NCBI GenBank assembly: GCA_963715985.1 | Contig: CAVQSP010000009.1 | Location: 32,001-96,000, forward strand | Direction: 5' to 3' | Length of the DNA: 64,000 nucleotides | Source of the DNA: an uncultured Thermoleophilia bacterium | GTDB lineage: Bacteria > Actinomycetota > Thermoleophilia > UBA2241 | In this document: positions 18,906 to 29,328 of the stretch, in pieces | How positions within the stretch are numbered: position 1 is the stretch's first letter | Layout: the number at the start of each line of letters is the position of its first letter | Position numbers and translations under genes: made by a program | The notes under the pieces: generated by a model | Database searches by the model: none | What the model saw: the letters and a program-made list of their open reading frames with translations, nothing else | Told to the model about the DNA's origin: nothing

Positions 18906-20156
18906 TCACTGCAGCGATGGCACGTACTCCAGCCAGCCTTGGTAGAAGTCGTCCCAGCTCACGCCCAGCGCGTCGTGCACGGCGGTATCCAGGCCGTCGG
19001 CGGAGAGATCCGAGTCGGCCAGGGCCTGCAGCAAGGGCCGCAGCTTGGCCAGGCCCCAGCGGTCGAGCACGTAGTGCACCATGGAGGCGGCCTCGAGGTA
19101 GGCGAGCCGGACGTCGTCGGTGGACGAGCCCATCCACAGGTTCCCGGTGCCTATGGCGTCGACCAGCGGCCACAGCTGGTTGCCGGTCGCGACCTCCTCG
19201 AGCAACGGCGACCAGTCGCGCCCTCCCTCCACGGCCGTGGCCAGGCCCTCCATCAGGAACGTGGGTGCGTGCTCCGTGTGCGCGAACCACTGGCCGGTGT
19301 AGGCGTGGGTGAGCTCGTGCGACAGCATGAGCGGCATCCAGTCGCCGGTGCCGTCCAGCGAGGGTCCCAACACGCCCACGTCGCGGATGCGCCAGGGGCG
19401 GGTGGACATGCGCGGCCCGGCGTTGGAGAAGAAGCGGATGCGGTCCTCGTCCGGGCCGCCCCCGAGCGAGGCCTTGAGGTCGCCGAGCGACGAGTAGACG
19501 GAGGCGAGGACCTCCTCGTCGGGCTTGACGCCCACCAGTGACAGGCGCGGCAGGGCGGTGACGGCGGCGTCGGCAAGCCTCTCCGCGCGGGCCTTGGAGC
19601 GCCTGTCGGCGATCACGAGGAGCCCATTGCGCTCTACGGTCACGGGGTCGTGGAAGGCCATGAGGAACTCGCGGTCGACGGCCTTGGGCGTCTGGTCGGC
19701 GAAGGCGACCACGCGACCGTCGAGCACTTCGAGGTCGAGCACGCGCTCGCCGCCGACGCGGTCGTCCGGGCCCGTGCGCGCGAGGCGCCCGCTGCCGAAG
19801 ACGTCGAAGCGACCAGGCACACCGGGGATGGGGCGAACGACGAACTCGAACGAGGTCCACGGCAGCGGTGAGAGGTGGCGGAACAGCTCGCCGAGGGCCC
19901 TGCGCGCGGGCTTGCCGGTGGCGGGCAAGGCGGCGCGGAAGGCGGCGCGGTCGCCGGCGCGCAGCGCCGCCGCGGCGCCCGCGAGCGCCGCCTCGGCCTC
20001 GGCCCGGGTCGCGGCGCGCACGACGGGCGGCGAGGTGGCGGCGGGCTCCTGGAAGGCGAGCGGCAGGAAGGCGACGAAGCCGGCCAGCACAAGCAGGGCG
20101 CCGGCCACCGCCATGAGCACGAGCCACGGCCGCACGCGTGAACGTGACGGAGTCAT
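18906..20156 (-). CDS. Membrane-anchored peptidase MA-like (gluzincin) protein
   Basis: HELTH followed by FLMEGLA; N-terminal TM segment. Confidence 0.7.
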   Translation of the reverse strand: MTPSRSRVRPWLVLMAVAGALLVLAGFVAFLPLAFQEPAATSPPVVRAATRAEAEAALAGAAAALRAGDRAAFRAALPATGKPARRALGELFRHLSPLPWTSFEFVVRPIPGVPGRFDVFGSGRLARTGPDDRVGGERVLDLEVLDGRVVAFADQTPKAVDREFLMAFHDPVTVERNGLLVIADRRSKARAERLADAAVTALPRLSLVGVKPDEEVLASVYSSLGDLKASLGGGPDEDRIRFFSNAGPRMSTRPWRIRDVGVLGPSLDGTGDWMPLMLSHELTHAYTGQWFAHTEHAPTFLMEGLATAVEGGRDWSPLLEEVATGNQLWPLVDAIGTGNLWMGSSTDDVRLAYLEAASMVHYVLDRWGLAKLRPLLQALADSDLSADGLDTAVHDALGVSWDDFYQGWLEYVPSLQ

Positions 20157-20160
20157 GCGG

Positions 20161-21131
20161 TCATTGTACGCGGTGGCGAGAGGCGGCGCGCCGGGCCCGG
20201 CGCTCGGCTTCGGCGCGGCGGCGCAGCTCCCGCGCCGTCTCCGTGCGCGCCGGCGGAGGCGGCGCCGGCAGCAGGCCGGTCACGAAGGAGCCGACCGCGG
20301 CGGCCTCCGCATCGCCGCTGGCGCACATGATGCGCACCAGCCGCTCGTAGTGCGCCACGGCGATCCTGCCGGCGTGCTCGGGCAGCAGCACCTCGGCCGC
20401 GAATGTCGCCGTCTGCCGCTCCAGCAGGCCGGCCGTGGCCGCCGGCGCGATGACGAGCGCAGCGAAGTCGGCCCGCCCGCTCAGCTGCGCGCTCCGCGCC
20501 GCGAAGAGGAGCGTGCGCGCCAGCTGGTAGAAGCGGTGCAGCGGGCAGCTGCCGGGCTCACCGCCTGCCGGTACGAGCGCCTCCGGACGAAAGAGGCCCG
20601 CCGCCACGTCCCAGTAGCCGCGCGCCTCGCGCCTGCCCTCGCGGAGGGCCAGTCGGCACGGCGCAGACGTGCCCGTCGCCCTGTCGGAGCCGGGCCCGTA
20701 GAAGCCGCGGCAGGCGTCCGGGACCTGGCCGCAGCCGCGCGAGCCCGCCAGCGCGTCGCGCAGGAACTTGGACTCCACGGCCACGACGGCGTCGCCGGAC
20801 TCCAGCAGCGCGTCCACGGCGGTGGCCCGGGCGCCGCGCTCGTGCAGCACGTCCGGGTCCGAGACCTCGAGCGCGACCCGCCAGCGTCGGCCGGCGCGCC
20901 GCCGAGCGGCTCGCCCAGCCCCGGCAGGCACCCGCTGAGGAGCTCGTCGATGACTGCGTGCCGCACCTCGAGCGCGCCCAGCGGCGCCCAGGCGCTCAGG
21001 CACAGCGCCTGGGAGGAGCGCGGGCTGGCGGCGTGCGTGTGCCACGGGAAGCCGGGCCCGAGGGCGGCGGCCACGCCGGGGTACAGCGACGGGTTGCGCA
21101 GGATCCGCTCGAAGCGCGACGGCGACATCAT
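20161..21131 (-). CDS. PD-(D/E)XK restriction-endonuclease-like protein (PGN_0703-like), frameshift near 20890
   Basis: SSQALCLS in the first frame; TAVDALL...AVESKF...YQLAR in the second. Confidence 0.65.
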
Positions 21132-21218
21132 CGCTCCAGTGTAGTACCCGCCGTGACGGGAGCGCGGCGGGCGCGCGAGTGGCCCGACCGCCGCGCCGCG
21201 TGTACTCTTGCGAGAACG

Positions 21219-22649
21219 ATGGCGGACCCCGGCAGAGATCCCAAGCCCTACAACGTGTATCGCAGCGGCGAGCCGCAGCCCGGCGAGCCGCCGGCCGCCT
21301 CCCTGCCGGCCGCTTCCCCGCGCGCCGGCGCGCAGACCGCCGCTGCACCACCCGCCACGCCCCCCGTCGCCGGCCCTCTGGGCCCGGCCGCGGGCGGCGC
21401 CCCGCCGCGCGGGCCGTCCCGGCCCGCGGCCCGGGGCGCCCGCCCGCCGCGCCGCCGCAGGCGCCGCGGCGGGCTCGTGCTGCTCGTCGTCCTCCTCGTC
21501 GTGCTCGCGCTCGCCGCCGGCACGCTCGCCATGCTGCGACCCTTCGGCGGCAAGGACGCCTCCGCGGGCGCGCAGACCTCCGCGTCCGGACAGACCGGCG
21601 GACAGCAGGACGGCACGCAGCCTGCCGCCCAGCCCTCGGCGACCGGCTCCCCCATCGTCAACCCCACACACTCGCCGACGCCCAAGCCCTCGCCCAAGGT
21701 GGCCACCGTCACCGGCGGCGGCGACGTGATCGGCGGCTTCGGCGTCAGCTCCGTGGTGGGCAGCATGGGCTCCGGCCTCTTCAAGAGCATCGCCCCGCAC
21801 TTCGAGGCCAGCGACTACGGCTTCGTGAACCTGGAGTCGCCGCTCACCACCGGCGGCGACCCGCAGGGCTGGAAGGACGTCGTCATCAAGGGCAACCCGG
21901 CGCTGGCCAAGGCCATGGCCAAGAGCGGCATCAACGTCGTGACCATGGCCAACAACCACGCCGGCGACATGGGCGACAGCGGCCTGCTGGACAGCTTCAA
22001 GTACTGCGAGAAGGCCGGCATCACCGTGGTGGGGGCCGGCAAGACCCTCAAGCAGGCGCAGGCCGGCGCCGTGCTCACCAGGAACGGCGTCAAGACCGCC
22101 TTCCTCGGGTTCACGGACGTGCTGCCGGTCGGCTACCCCGCCACGTCCACCAGCCCCGGCACGTCGCCGGGCAGAGCCAACATCAACGCGGTCAAGACCA
22201 ACATCCGCAACGCCGCCAGGAAGTCCGACTTCGTGGTGGTGGGCTGGCACTGGAACTTCGAGTACAAGCGCGCGCCCAGCTATCTGGAGTCGAGCGAGGG
22301 CAAGGCCGCGGTCGACTCCGGCGCCGACATCGTGTTCGCCCACCACCCACACCTGCTCGACGGCGTGCAGGCGTATCACGGCGGCCTCATCTTCTACAGC
22401 CTCGGCAACCTGGTGTTCAGCGGCTTCTCCGGTGAGACCGCTCAGACCATCCTCGTGAAGGCGAAGATGACGAAGGACTCCATCGACGCCAAGCTCATCC
22501 CGGTGACCATCAGCGGCTCCGGCGTACCCACCGTGGCCGGCGGCTCCACAGGCCTCAGCATCCTGCAGCGCGTCCAGAGCCTGTCGGCGAGCCTGGGCAC
22601 CAAGGTGACGATCTCCGACGGGCGCGGCTACGTGCACGTGAAGCGCTGA
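21219..22649 (+). CDS. CapA-family (PGA_cap) metallophosphoesterase, membrane-anchored
   Basis: GGDV, NLESP, ANNHAGD, HW, HHPH, YSLGN. Confidence 0.9.
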   Translation: MADPGRDPKPYNVYRSGEPQPGEPPAASLPAASPRAGAQTAAAPPATPPVAGPLGPAAGGAPPRGPSRPAARGARPPRRRRRRGGLVLLVVLLVVLALAAGTLAMLRPFGGKDASAGAQTSASGQTGGQQDGTQPAAQPSATGSPIVNPTHSPTPKPSPKVATVTGGGDVIGGFGVSSVVGSMGSGLFKSIAPHFEASDYGFVNLESPLTTGGDPQGWKDVVIKGNPALAKAMAKSGINVVTMANNHAGDMGDSGLLDSFKYCEKAGITVVGAGKTLKQAQAGAVLTRNGVKTAFLGFTDVLPVGYPATSTSPGTSPGRANINAVKTNIRNAARKSDFVVVGWHWNFEYKRAPSYLESSEGKAAVDSGADIVFAHHPHLLDGVQAYHGGLIFYSLGNLVFSGFSGETAQTILVKAKMTKDSIDAKLIPVTISGSGVPTVAGGSTGLSILQRVQSLSASLGTKVTISDGRGYVHVKR

Positions 22650-22671
22650 TGCGCCTCTCCCTCCCCAGCTG

Positions 22672-23467
22672 ATGCGCCCGCTCCTCTTCCAGATCGGCGA
22701 CTTCAAGGTGTACAGCTTCGGGCTCATGGCCGCCCTTGCCCTCATCGTGCCGGGCATCACCATCGTGCGGCCGCTCGTGCGGCGTCGCGGCGTGCGCTCG
22801 GACTTCGCCTACGAGCTCATCGTCGCCGCGGGCATCGGCGGCTTCGTGGGTGCGCGCATCTACTACATGATCGAGAACTGGAGCGCGGTGCACACCGCCT
22901 TCTGGAGCACCCTGTTCGGCGGCATCGGCTTCGTGTGGTACGGCGGCCTCATCGGCGGCTTCGTCGGCGTGGTCGGCTGGACCCTCATCCGCAAGGTGCC
23001 GCTGGACATCATCGCCAACGCCATGGCCCCCGCGACCGCGATGGGCTACGCCATCGGCCGCATCGGCTGCCAGCTCGCCGGCGACGGCGACTACGGCAAG
23101 CCTTCCACCCTGCCGTGGGCGATGGGCTACCCCAAGGGTACCGTCCCGACACCGCCGGGAGTGCGCGTCCACCCCACGCCCATCTACGAGATCATCATCA
23201 TGGCGTTCGTCGTCTGGATCCTGTGGCGCCTGGCCACGCGCTACGACAAGTCGGGCTGGTGGACGTTCGGCTGGTTCCTCGTGCTCTCGGGAGTGGAGCG
23301 CTTCTTCGTCGAGTTCCTGCGCCGCAACCCGGTGTGGTTCTGGCACCTCACGCAGCCGCAGTGGGTGGCCATCGTGAGCATGCTCATCGGAGCGGTGCTC
23401 ATCTTCGCCTTCACGAAGAAGCGCGCCGTGCTGACCGGCCGGCGCGCCGGTGCCCGGCTCCGCCTGA
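22672..23467 (+). CDS. lgt: Prolipoprotein diacylglyceryl transferase; probable frameshift just before the stop (ORF reads on to 23763)
   Basis: GARIYY, WYGGLIGG, IGRIGC, HPTPIYE, RFFVEFLR. Confidence 0.9.
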
Positions 23468-23499
23468 CCGTCCGCGGCCGCCGGGCCGGCGCGGCGCTC

Positions 23500-24771
23500 T
23501 TACAGCTCACTCAGCGGCAGCGAGGTGACGTCGTCGCCCAGCGGCAGGCGGCGGTCGCCAAGATAGACCACGTAGCCGGGCGCCACGGCGTCTCCCAGAT
23601 CCGCCCGCAACCCGCGGATACCCCGAGTCATTCGTGCCGTGGCGGTGGCGGAGGTCTTGATCTCCAGCGGGACCAGGCGCTCGCGACCGGCGTCCCCCGT
23701 CTCGGCGAGGACGTCGACCTCGACGCCTGTGGCGGTGCGCCAGAAGTGCAGGCGAGGCGTTAGAGCGCGGTGCAGCGCGGCCTTGAGGAGCTCGCCGACG
23801 ACCGCGGTCTCGGCCAGCACGCCGGCCATCGGCCCCGCCGCCGCGTGCGACGCGTCCCGCAGGCCGACGAGGTGACACAGCGTGCCTGTGTCGGTGAAGT
23901 ACACCTTGGGCGTCTTGACCAGTCGCTTGCCGAGGTTGGCGAAGTACGGGCGGAGCGTGAAGACCTGGTAGCTGGCCTCGAGGATCGACAGCCAGCGCCT
24001 CGCCGTAGTGACGGCAATGCCGAGGTCGCGCGCGAGGCTGGTGAGGTTGAGGAGCTGGCCCGAGCGTGCCGCGAGCGCACGCAAGAACAGCTGGAACTGC
24101 ACGACGTCACCCACCTGGGTCATGCTGCGGACATCGCGCTCGAGATAGGTGCCCACGTAACTGTCGTGCCACAGATCGGCATCGAGCTGGGGTTCGGCGG
24201 CGAGCTGGGGGTACAGCCCGCGGACGAAGGTCGTCCAGAAGTCCAGCGGCGAGCCGAAGGCGGCGGCTTGGGCTGACGGCCCGGAGGTGGCGGTGCGAGC
24301 GGAAGGCTTCTGCGTATGCTCCCACGGCAGTGGCCTCTCGGGGCTTCCGGCCAGCTCGCGCAGCGATAGCGGGAGCAACCGCAGCAGGGCGACGCGGCCG
24401 GCCAGCGACTCCGTCACGCCGGCCGCAAGCATGATGTTCCGCGAACCGGTGAGGACCCACTGTCCGCGAGCCGCGCGGTGCTCGTCGATCCGCTCCTTCA
24501 CGTACGAAAGCAGAGCCGGGGCGTTCTGGACCTCGTCCAGGATCAGCGGCGGCGGAAACGCGGCCAGAAAGCCGCGCGGGTCGCGGGTCGCGGCTTCACG
24601 CGCATCAGGCGCATCGAGGGAGACGTACCCATGGGTGGCCGCAAGCGCGTGGCGCAGCAGCGTGGTCTTGCCCGCCTGGCGTGGCCCCGTGAGCATGACG
24701 GCGGGGAACTGCTCGAGGGCGTGCAGGAGCGTCGCCTCGAGCGTGCGTGGAATGTAGACAGGGTCGCTCAT
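23500..24771 (-). CDS. AAA_14/DUF4143 ATP-binding protein
   Basis: GPRQAGKT, LDEVQ, LTGS, ESLAGR, TYLERD, KTPKVYFTDTG, EVD...EIK. Confidence 0.92.
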   Translation of the reverse strand: MSDPVYIPRTLEATLLHALEQFPAVMLTGPRQAGKTTLLRHALAATHGYVSLDAPDAREAATRDPRGFLAAFPPPLILDEVQNAPALLSYVKERIDEHRAARGQWVLTGSRNIMLAAGVTESLAGRVALLRLLPLSLRELAGSPERPLPWEHTQKPSARTATSGPSAQAAAFGSPLDFWTTFVRGLYPQLAAEPQLDADLWHDSYVGTYLERDVRSMTQVGDVVQFQLFLRALAARSGQLLNLTSLARDLGIAVTTARRWLSILEASYQVFTLRPYFANLGKRLVKTPKVYFTDTGTLCHLVGLRDASHAAAGPMAGVLAETAVVGELLKAALHRALTPRLHFWRTATGVEVDVLAETGDAGRERLVPLEIKTSATATARMTRGIRGLRADLGDAVAPGYVVYLGDRRLPLGDDVTSLPLSEL

Positions 24772-24773
24772 GT

Positions 24774-24810
24774 CCTTGCAATTATGCTACGTAAAAGCAC
24801 GATTACAAGG
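24774..24810 (-). promoter_or_regulatory. Imperfect palindrome spanning the promoter of the AAA/DUF4143 gene
   Basis: CCTTGCAATTATGCT-7 nt-AGCACGATTACAAGG (12/15 complementary), containing TTGTAA and CATAAT on the minus strand. Confidence 0.55.
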
Positions 24811-24868
24811 TTTGTCGCGCAGCGGCCGCCCGCGCCCGGGGCCGCAAGGCGGATCCCGCGCCGGCCCC

Positions 24869-25996
24869 TCAGAAGTACGACGTCAGCCCGCCGCGCCGGC
24901 GCACGTCCACGCTGGCGCAGTGGAACCCGCCGCCGATGGTCTCGAAGTCGTAGAAGGGGCACTCGATGGGCGTGAAGCCCCAGCGCTTCAACGCGCTGAT
25001 GAGGCGCTCCTCGCCCTTGGCGACGATGACCCGCTGCTCGTCGAGCATCACCACGTTCATGCTGATCCAGCGTGAGCAGTTGTACATGGGGTGGTCCGGC
25101 GGCATGTCCGGCTCCGGGCAGGTGAGCACGTCCCAGCCCGCCTGCGCGAACATGTCCGGGACCTTGGCGCAGCGTTCCGGGTGCACGAGCAGCTTGCCGG
25201 GCGCCAGCGGGTAGAACGTGGCGTCGATGTGCATGGGGTGGGTGTCGTAGACCTCCACCTCGTGCACGCGGATCTCGGGCTCCAGGTGGCGCCGCAGCCA
25301 CTCGATGCCGAAGCTGTTGCAGCAGCTCGACCGGGCGATGAAGAGGTCGCGGCCGCACTTGATGGCGTCGGCCGCGTCGAAGAGCGGCTCGAACTCGGTG
25401 GCGATGGTGCGCTGCGGCTCGCCCTCCTCCATGGGCACGTAGTCCGGCAGGTAGGAGGCGTCGCTCAGCTCGGGGCGCGGGGCGGAGACCCAGCGCGCCC
25501 CTCCCCGGAAGTACTCCTTGCACAGGTTCTTGTAGGCGTGGTGCTCGAAGAAGCGACTGCGCCAGCCCATCGGCGCCTCGATGATCTGGTCGCCGACGAT
25601 GAGCAGCACGTCGCGGGGCATGAGCGCGTAGCAGGAGCTGGGGAGGGACCAGCCGGGGGCCGCGATGGGCCGGTCCCAGGCGAACCGCTCAGGGCGCCGC
25701 ACGGTGACGCCCTCGGCCTCGAGGATGTGCACGAAGGCCTCGATGTCGGCCTCGGCCTTCTTGAGCATCTCGGCCGGCCAGCGCCGCCCGCCCTCCGCCT
25801 GGAAGAACGGCCACTGCGTCTTGTCGTGCACCACCGCCGGGGTGATGGTCTCCCACGGCGGGACGAGCGCGTCCTCGACGATGCCGACGACGATCTCCTC
25901 GAGAGGGTCCCACTCGTTGAAGGTGTTGACGGGGCCTGTCACGGCGGGCGGCCGGCGGGCCGCGGGCTGGGATCCGCTGGGACTCACGACGTTCAC
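24869..25996 (-). CDS. Amidinotransferase (glycine/inosamine-phosphate amidinotransferase family)
   Basis: NEWDPLEE, MPRD, FDAAD, MHIDAT, GGGFHC (Asp/His/Cys triad intact). Confidence 0.9.
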   Translation of the reverse strand: MNVVSPSGSQPAARRPPAVTGPVNTFNEWDPLEEIVVGIVEDALVPPWETITPAVVHDKTQWPFFQAEGGRRWPAEMLKKAEADIEAFVHILEAEGVTVRRPERFAWDRPIAAPGWSLPSSCYALMPRDVLLIVGDQIIEAPMGWRSRFFEHHAYKNLCKEYFRGGARWVSAPRPELSDASYLPDYVPMEEGEPQRTIATEFEPLFDAADAIKCGRDLFIARSSCCNSFGIEWLRRHLEPEIRVHEVEVYDTHPMHIDATFYPLAPGKLLVHPERCAKVPDMFAQAGWDVLTCPEPDMPPDHPMYNCSRWISMNVVMLDEQRVIVAKGEERLISALKRWGFTPIECPFYDFETIGGGFHCASVDVRRRGGLTSYF

Positions 25997-26230
25997 TCCT
26001 TGTCATCTACACGGAGCCTCAGGGCGCTGCCTGAGACGTGGGGCATGAGTTGGCCGAGTGTACCCGACTCGCTCGGACCCCGAGCCCGTGAATGCAGTCG
26101 TGGCGGGAGCCGAGGTGCGGTCGCACACCGTCCACGGGCCTCTTCCCGCAATGTCCACCCGGGTACCTCCTGTCACCCGCAGACCGCGGGTGGGCGGGAG
26201 CGTATCCTCTCAGCATGGACCTGGCATCTC

Positions 26231-26256
26231 GTGTTCCACGGGATCCGTGCTACACT
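26231..26256 (+). promoter_or_regulatory. Putative antitoxin operator overlapping the -10 (TACACT)
   Basis: GTGT..CACGG-GAT-CCGTG..ACAC palindrome directly before the antitoxin ATG. Confidence 0.5.
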
Positions 26257-26265
26257 GGCACCGCG

Positions 26266-26502
26266 ATGGCGAATCTCACCATCACCGTGGACGACCGGCT
26301 GCTGAAGCTTGCCCGGCTTCGCGCTCTGGAGCAGGGCACGTCGGTCAACGCGCTCCTGCGGGAGTATCTGGAGGCGTACGCGGGCGCCGCGGACGCACAG
26401 GCTCGGGCTCTCGACGATCTTCTCCAGCTCTCCGCCGCCACGACGTCGCACAGCGGCTCGGCGACCTGGACCCGTGAGGACCTCCACGAGCGCGACGCGT
26501 GA
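26266..26502 (+). CDS. Ribbon-helix-helix antitoxin (DUF6364-like)
   Basis: MANLTITVDDRLLKLARLRALEQGTSVNALLREYL; overlaps the PIN gene. Confidence 0.82.
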   Translation: MANLTITVDDRLLKLARLRALEQGTSVNALLREYLEAYAGAADAQARALDDLLQLSAATTSHSGSATWTREDLHERDA

Positions 26503-26915
26503 GGACGTTCGTCGACACCAACGTCCTCGTCTACCTCTTCGACGCCGGTGAACCCGCCAAACAGGAGAGAGCCCGCCAGGTGATCAGCGACCTCTGCCGC
26601 GCCGGCACGCTGGTGGTGAGCTCCCAGGTACTGAGCGAGTTCTACGTCGCCGTCACCCGCAAGCTCGAGGAGCCACTGCCGCCCGACCTGGCGCTTCGGG
26701 CCCTCGCCGACCTCGCGGCGTACCCGTGCGTCGCCATCGACGCCGCGCTCGTCCAGCGCGCGGCGGCGCACTCCGCCGCCGACCGCTTGTCGTACTGGGA
26801 TGCGCTCATCGTCGAGGCTGCCGTCGAAGCCGGGGCGGACGTCCTCTGCTCGGAGGACTTCCAGGCGGGCCGCTCCTATCAGGGCGTGCTCGTCGACGAC
26901 CCCTTCGCGAGCTGA
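26499..26915 (+). CDS. vapC: PIN-domain toxin
   Basis: FVDTNVLVY, QVLSEF, SYWDALI, SEDF. Confidence 0.9.
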   Translation: MRTFVDTNVLVYLFDAGEPAKQERARQVISDLCRAGTLVVSSQVLSEFYVAVTRKLEEPLPPDLALRALADLAAYPCVAIDAALVQRAAAHSAADRLSYWDALIVEAAVEAGADVLCSEDFQAGRSYQGVLVDDPFAS

Positions 26916-26933
26916 CGCCCGGATCCGCTGCCG

Positions 26934-27843
26934 TCACGGCGGGCACTTGCCGCAGATCGACCTGAACTGCATGGTGCTGAGATAGCGGTCGCCGCGGTCG
27001 GGGAGGAGCACGACGATGGTGCCGCTCGTCGATCTCGGCGGCGATCTGCATGGCCACGGCGACGGCGGCGCCGCTCGACGAGCCGACGAAGAGGCCCTCG
27101 CTTCTGGCCAGCAGCTTCGTCATCTCGAAGGCCTCGCCATCCCCCACCAGGCGCCGGTCGTCGAGGTCGTCCGGCCGGAAGATGCCCGGCACCATCGACT
27201 CCGTCATGTTCTTGAGGCCCTGGATGGCGTGGCCCTCCACGGGCTCCACGCCGACGATGCGCACGCCGGGCTTCACGGACTTCAGGTAGCGGCCGGTGCC
27301 CATCAGCGTGCCGGTCGTCCCCATGCCGGCGACGAAGTAGTCCACCTCGCCGGCGGTCTGCTCGTAGATCTCGGGGCCGGTCGTCCTGACGTGGGCGAGC
27401 ACGTTGTCGGGGTTCTCGTACTGGTTGGGCATGTAGTACGTCTCGGGCTCCCGCTCCACGAGCCTGTGGGCCTCCCAGATGGCCCCGTCGATGCCCTCGT
27501 GGGCCGGGGTCAGCGACACCTCCGCGCCGAGCCCCTGCAGGATCATGCTGCGCTCGGCGCTCACGCACTCGGGCATGCAGAGGTGCACCCGGTAGCCCTT
27601 GGCGGCACCGATCATGGCGATGGCGATGCCGGTGTTGCCGGACGTGGGCTCGAGGATGGTCTTGCCCTTGACGAGCTCGCCGCGGGCTTCGGCGCCGGCG
27701 ATCATCGAGAGCGCCGGGCGATCCTTGACCGAGCCGCCGGGATTCGCTCCCTCCAGCTTGCAGAGGACACGCACGCCGGGCTTCCGGCTGATGTTCATGA
27801 GCTCAACGAGCGGCGTGTTGCCGATCGCCTCGAGGAGGTTCAT
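26934..27843 (-). CDS. cysM: Cysteine synthase B-like PLP enzyme, frameshift near 27025
   Basis: [27 protein letters not shown]; alternate frame restores GTIVVLLPDRGDRYLSTMQFRSICGKCPP*. Confidence 0.82.
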
Positions 27844-28000
27844 CGCGGCGCCTTTCGTGGGGAGGACCGGCGCCTATGATAGTGGGCACGGCCTCGCCGA
27901 AGAAACACTCGTGCGACTGGCCCGTGACGCCGGGAGCACGGATACTGACGGCAGCAGTGGCAAAAAGGGGGCGGCTCTGTCCGGAGACGGGCTCGAACGC

Positions 28001-29292
28001 GTGCGGATCGTGCTCGGCAGCCGTGACTTCCGCGTCCTCCTCGCTGCCCGCCTGGCCAGCCAGGTCGCGGAGGGCGCCTTTCTGGCCTCCGTGATGAACA
28101 CGGTCGTCTTTCTGCCGGAATCTCAGAGCACCGTGCGCGGGTTCGCCATTGCGACGGCCATCACCCTGCTGCCCTTCTCGCTGCTCGAGCCCGTCGCGGG
28201 CGTGTTCGTGGATCGCTGGCCACGCCGTCCCATCCTGGTGGCCCTTCCGCTGGTGCGAGCGGCGGCGGCGCTCCTGGCGGTCCCGGGGCTGAGCGCCGTG
28301 GCCGCGGTCTACGCAGGCACGTTCATCGTGTTCTCGGCGAACCGGCTCTTCCAGGCCACCACGGCGGCCGTCATCCCCCGCGTGGTGGGCGGCGAGGGGA
28401 GCATGCGCCGGAGCCCGACGCGCCGTCTCAGGTCGGCGCCGGAGGTCGGCCGCGGCCGTCCGACGACGCCCTGCTCTTCAGCGCCAACATGATCACGGCC
28501 GTCGTCGGGACGGTGGCTCTGTTCGGCGGCGTGCTCGTGGGCGGCCTCCTGTCGGGGGCGGGGGGCACGCCGGCGGTGATCGCCTTCTCCGGGGTGACCT
28601 GGGTGGCGGCGGCGGTCTTCAGTGCGAAGCTGTCCAACCCGCTGCCGCCGAAGAACCCGCCTGCCACTGCATTGAGAAGCCAGCTGGTGGCCACCATCGC
28701 CGACCTCGGGGACGGCTTCCGGCGCATCGGCAGGACGCCGGCCGCCCTCGCGCCGATCCTGACGGTGGGCGTCGGCCAGTTCCTGCAGGTGCTGGTCATC
28801 GCCGCCGCCCTCGTGGTGATCAGGGAGAGCCTCGGCGCAGGTCTCATGACGTTCTCCGCGCTCGTGGCCGCCGGTGGCGTGGGGGTCTTTCTCGGCTTCT
28901 CGACCGCCGGGCTGATGCGCTCGCGCCTGCCCAACCAGCTGCTCATCGCCGCGGCCTTCATCCTCGCGGCCCTGGCCCTGTTGCCCGCCGCCGTGGTGGC
29001 CCTGAACGCGTTCACGCTGACCGTCGGGGCCGTGCTCCTCGGCGCCTCCTACGGATGGACGCGAGTGCCCGTGGACACGCTCGCGCAGCGGGCCGTGCCC
29101 GACAACTACCGCGGCCGGGTGTTCACGGCCATCGACCTGGCCTTCAGCACCGCGCGCGTGCTGGCAGCCCTCGCAGCCGTGGTGGTCGTGCCGCTGCTCG
29201 GCCCACGGACGACGTTCGTCGTGCTGGCGGTCCTCTTCCTCCTCTGGGCACCAGTAGTCCCTCTCTGGCTCCATGGCGACCGCGGCGGGTGA
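28001..29292 (+). CDS. MFS transporter, frameshift near 28440-28480; start approximate
   Basis: GVFVDRWPRR motif A in the first half, PDNYRGRVF in the second. Confidence 0.82.
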
Positions 29293-29328
29293 TCTGCGGC
29301 GGCTCGTCGCACGACTCGCCGCGCGCGC

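Noticed and set aside
23468-23763. Long lgt C-terminal extension overlapping the AAA gene
   Set aside because: An out-of-frame TGA at 23465-23467 follows the last TM segment; a single indel explains it
26000-26230. Possible guanidine riboswitch upstream of the amidinotransferase
   Set aside because: Hairpins are present but I could not match guanidine-I, -II or -III consensus elements
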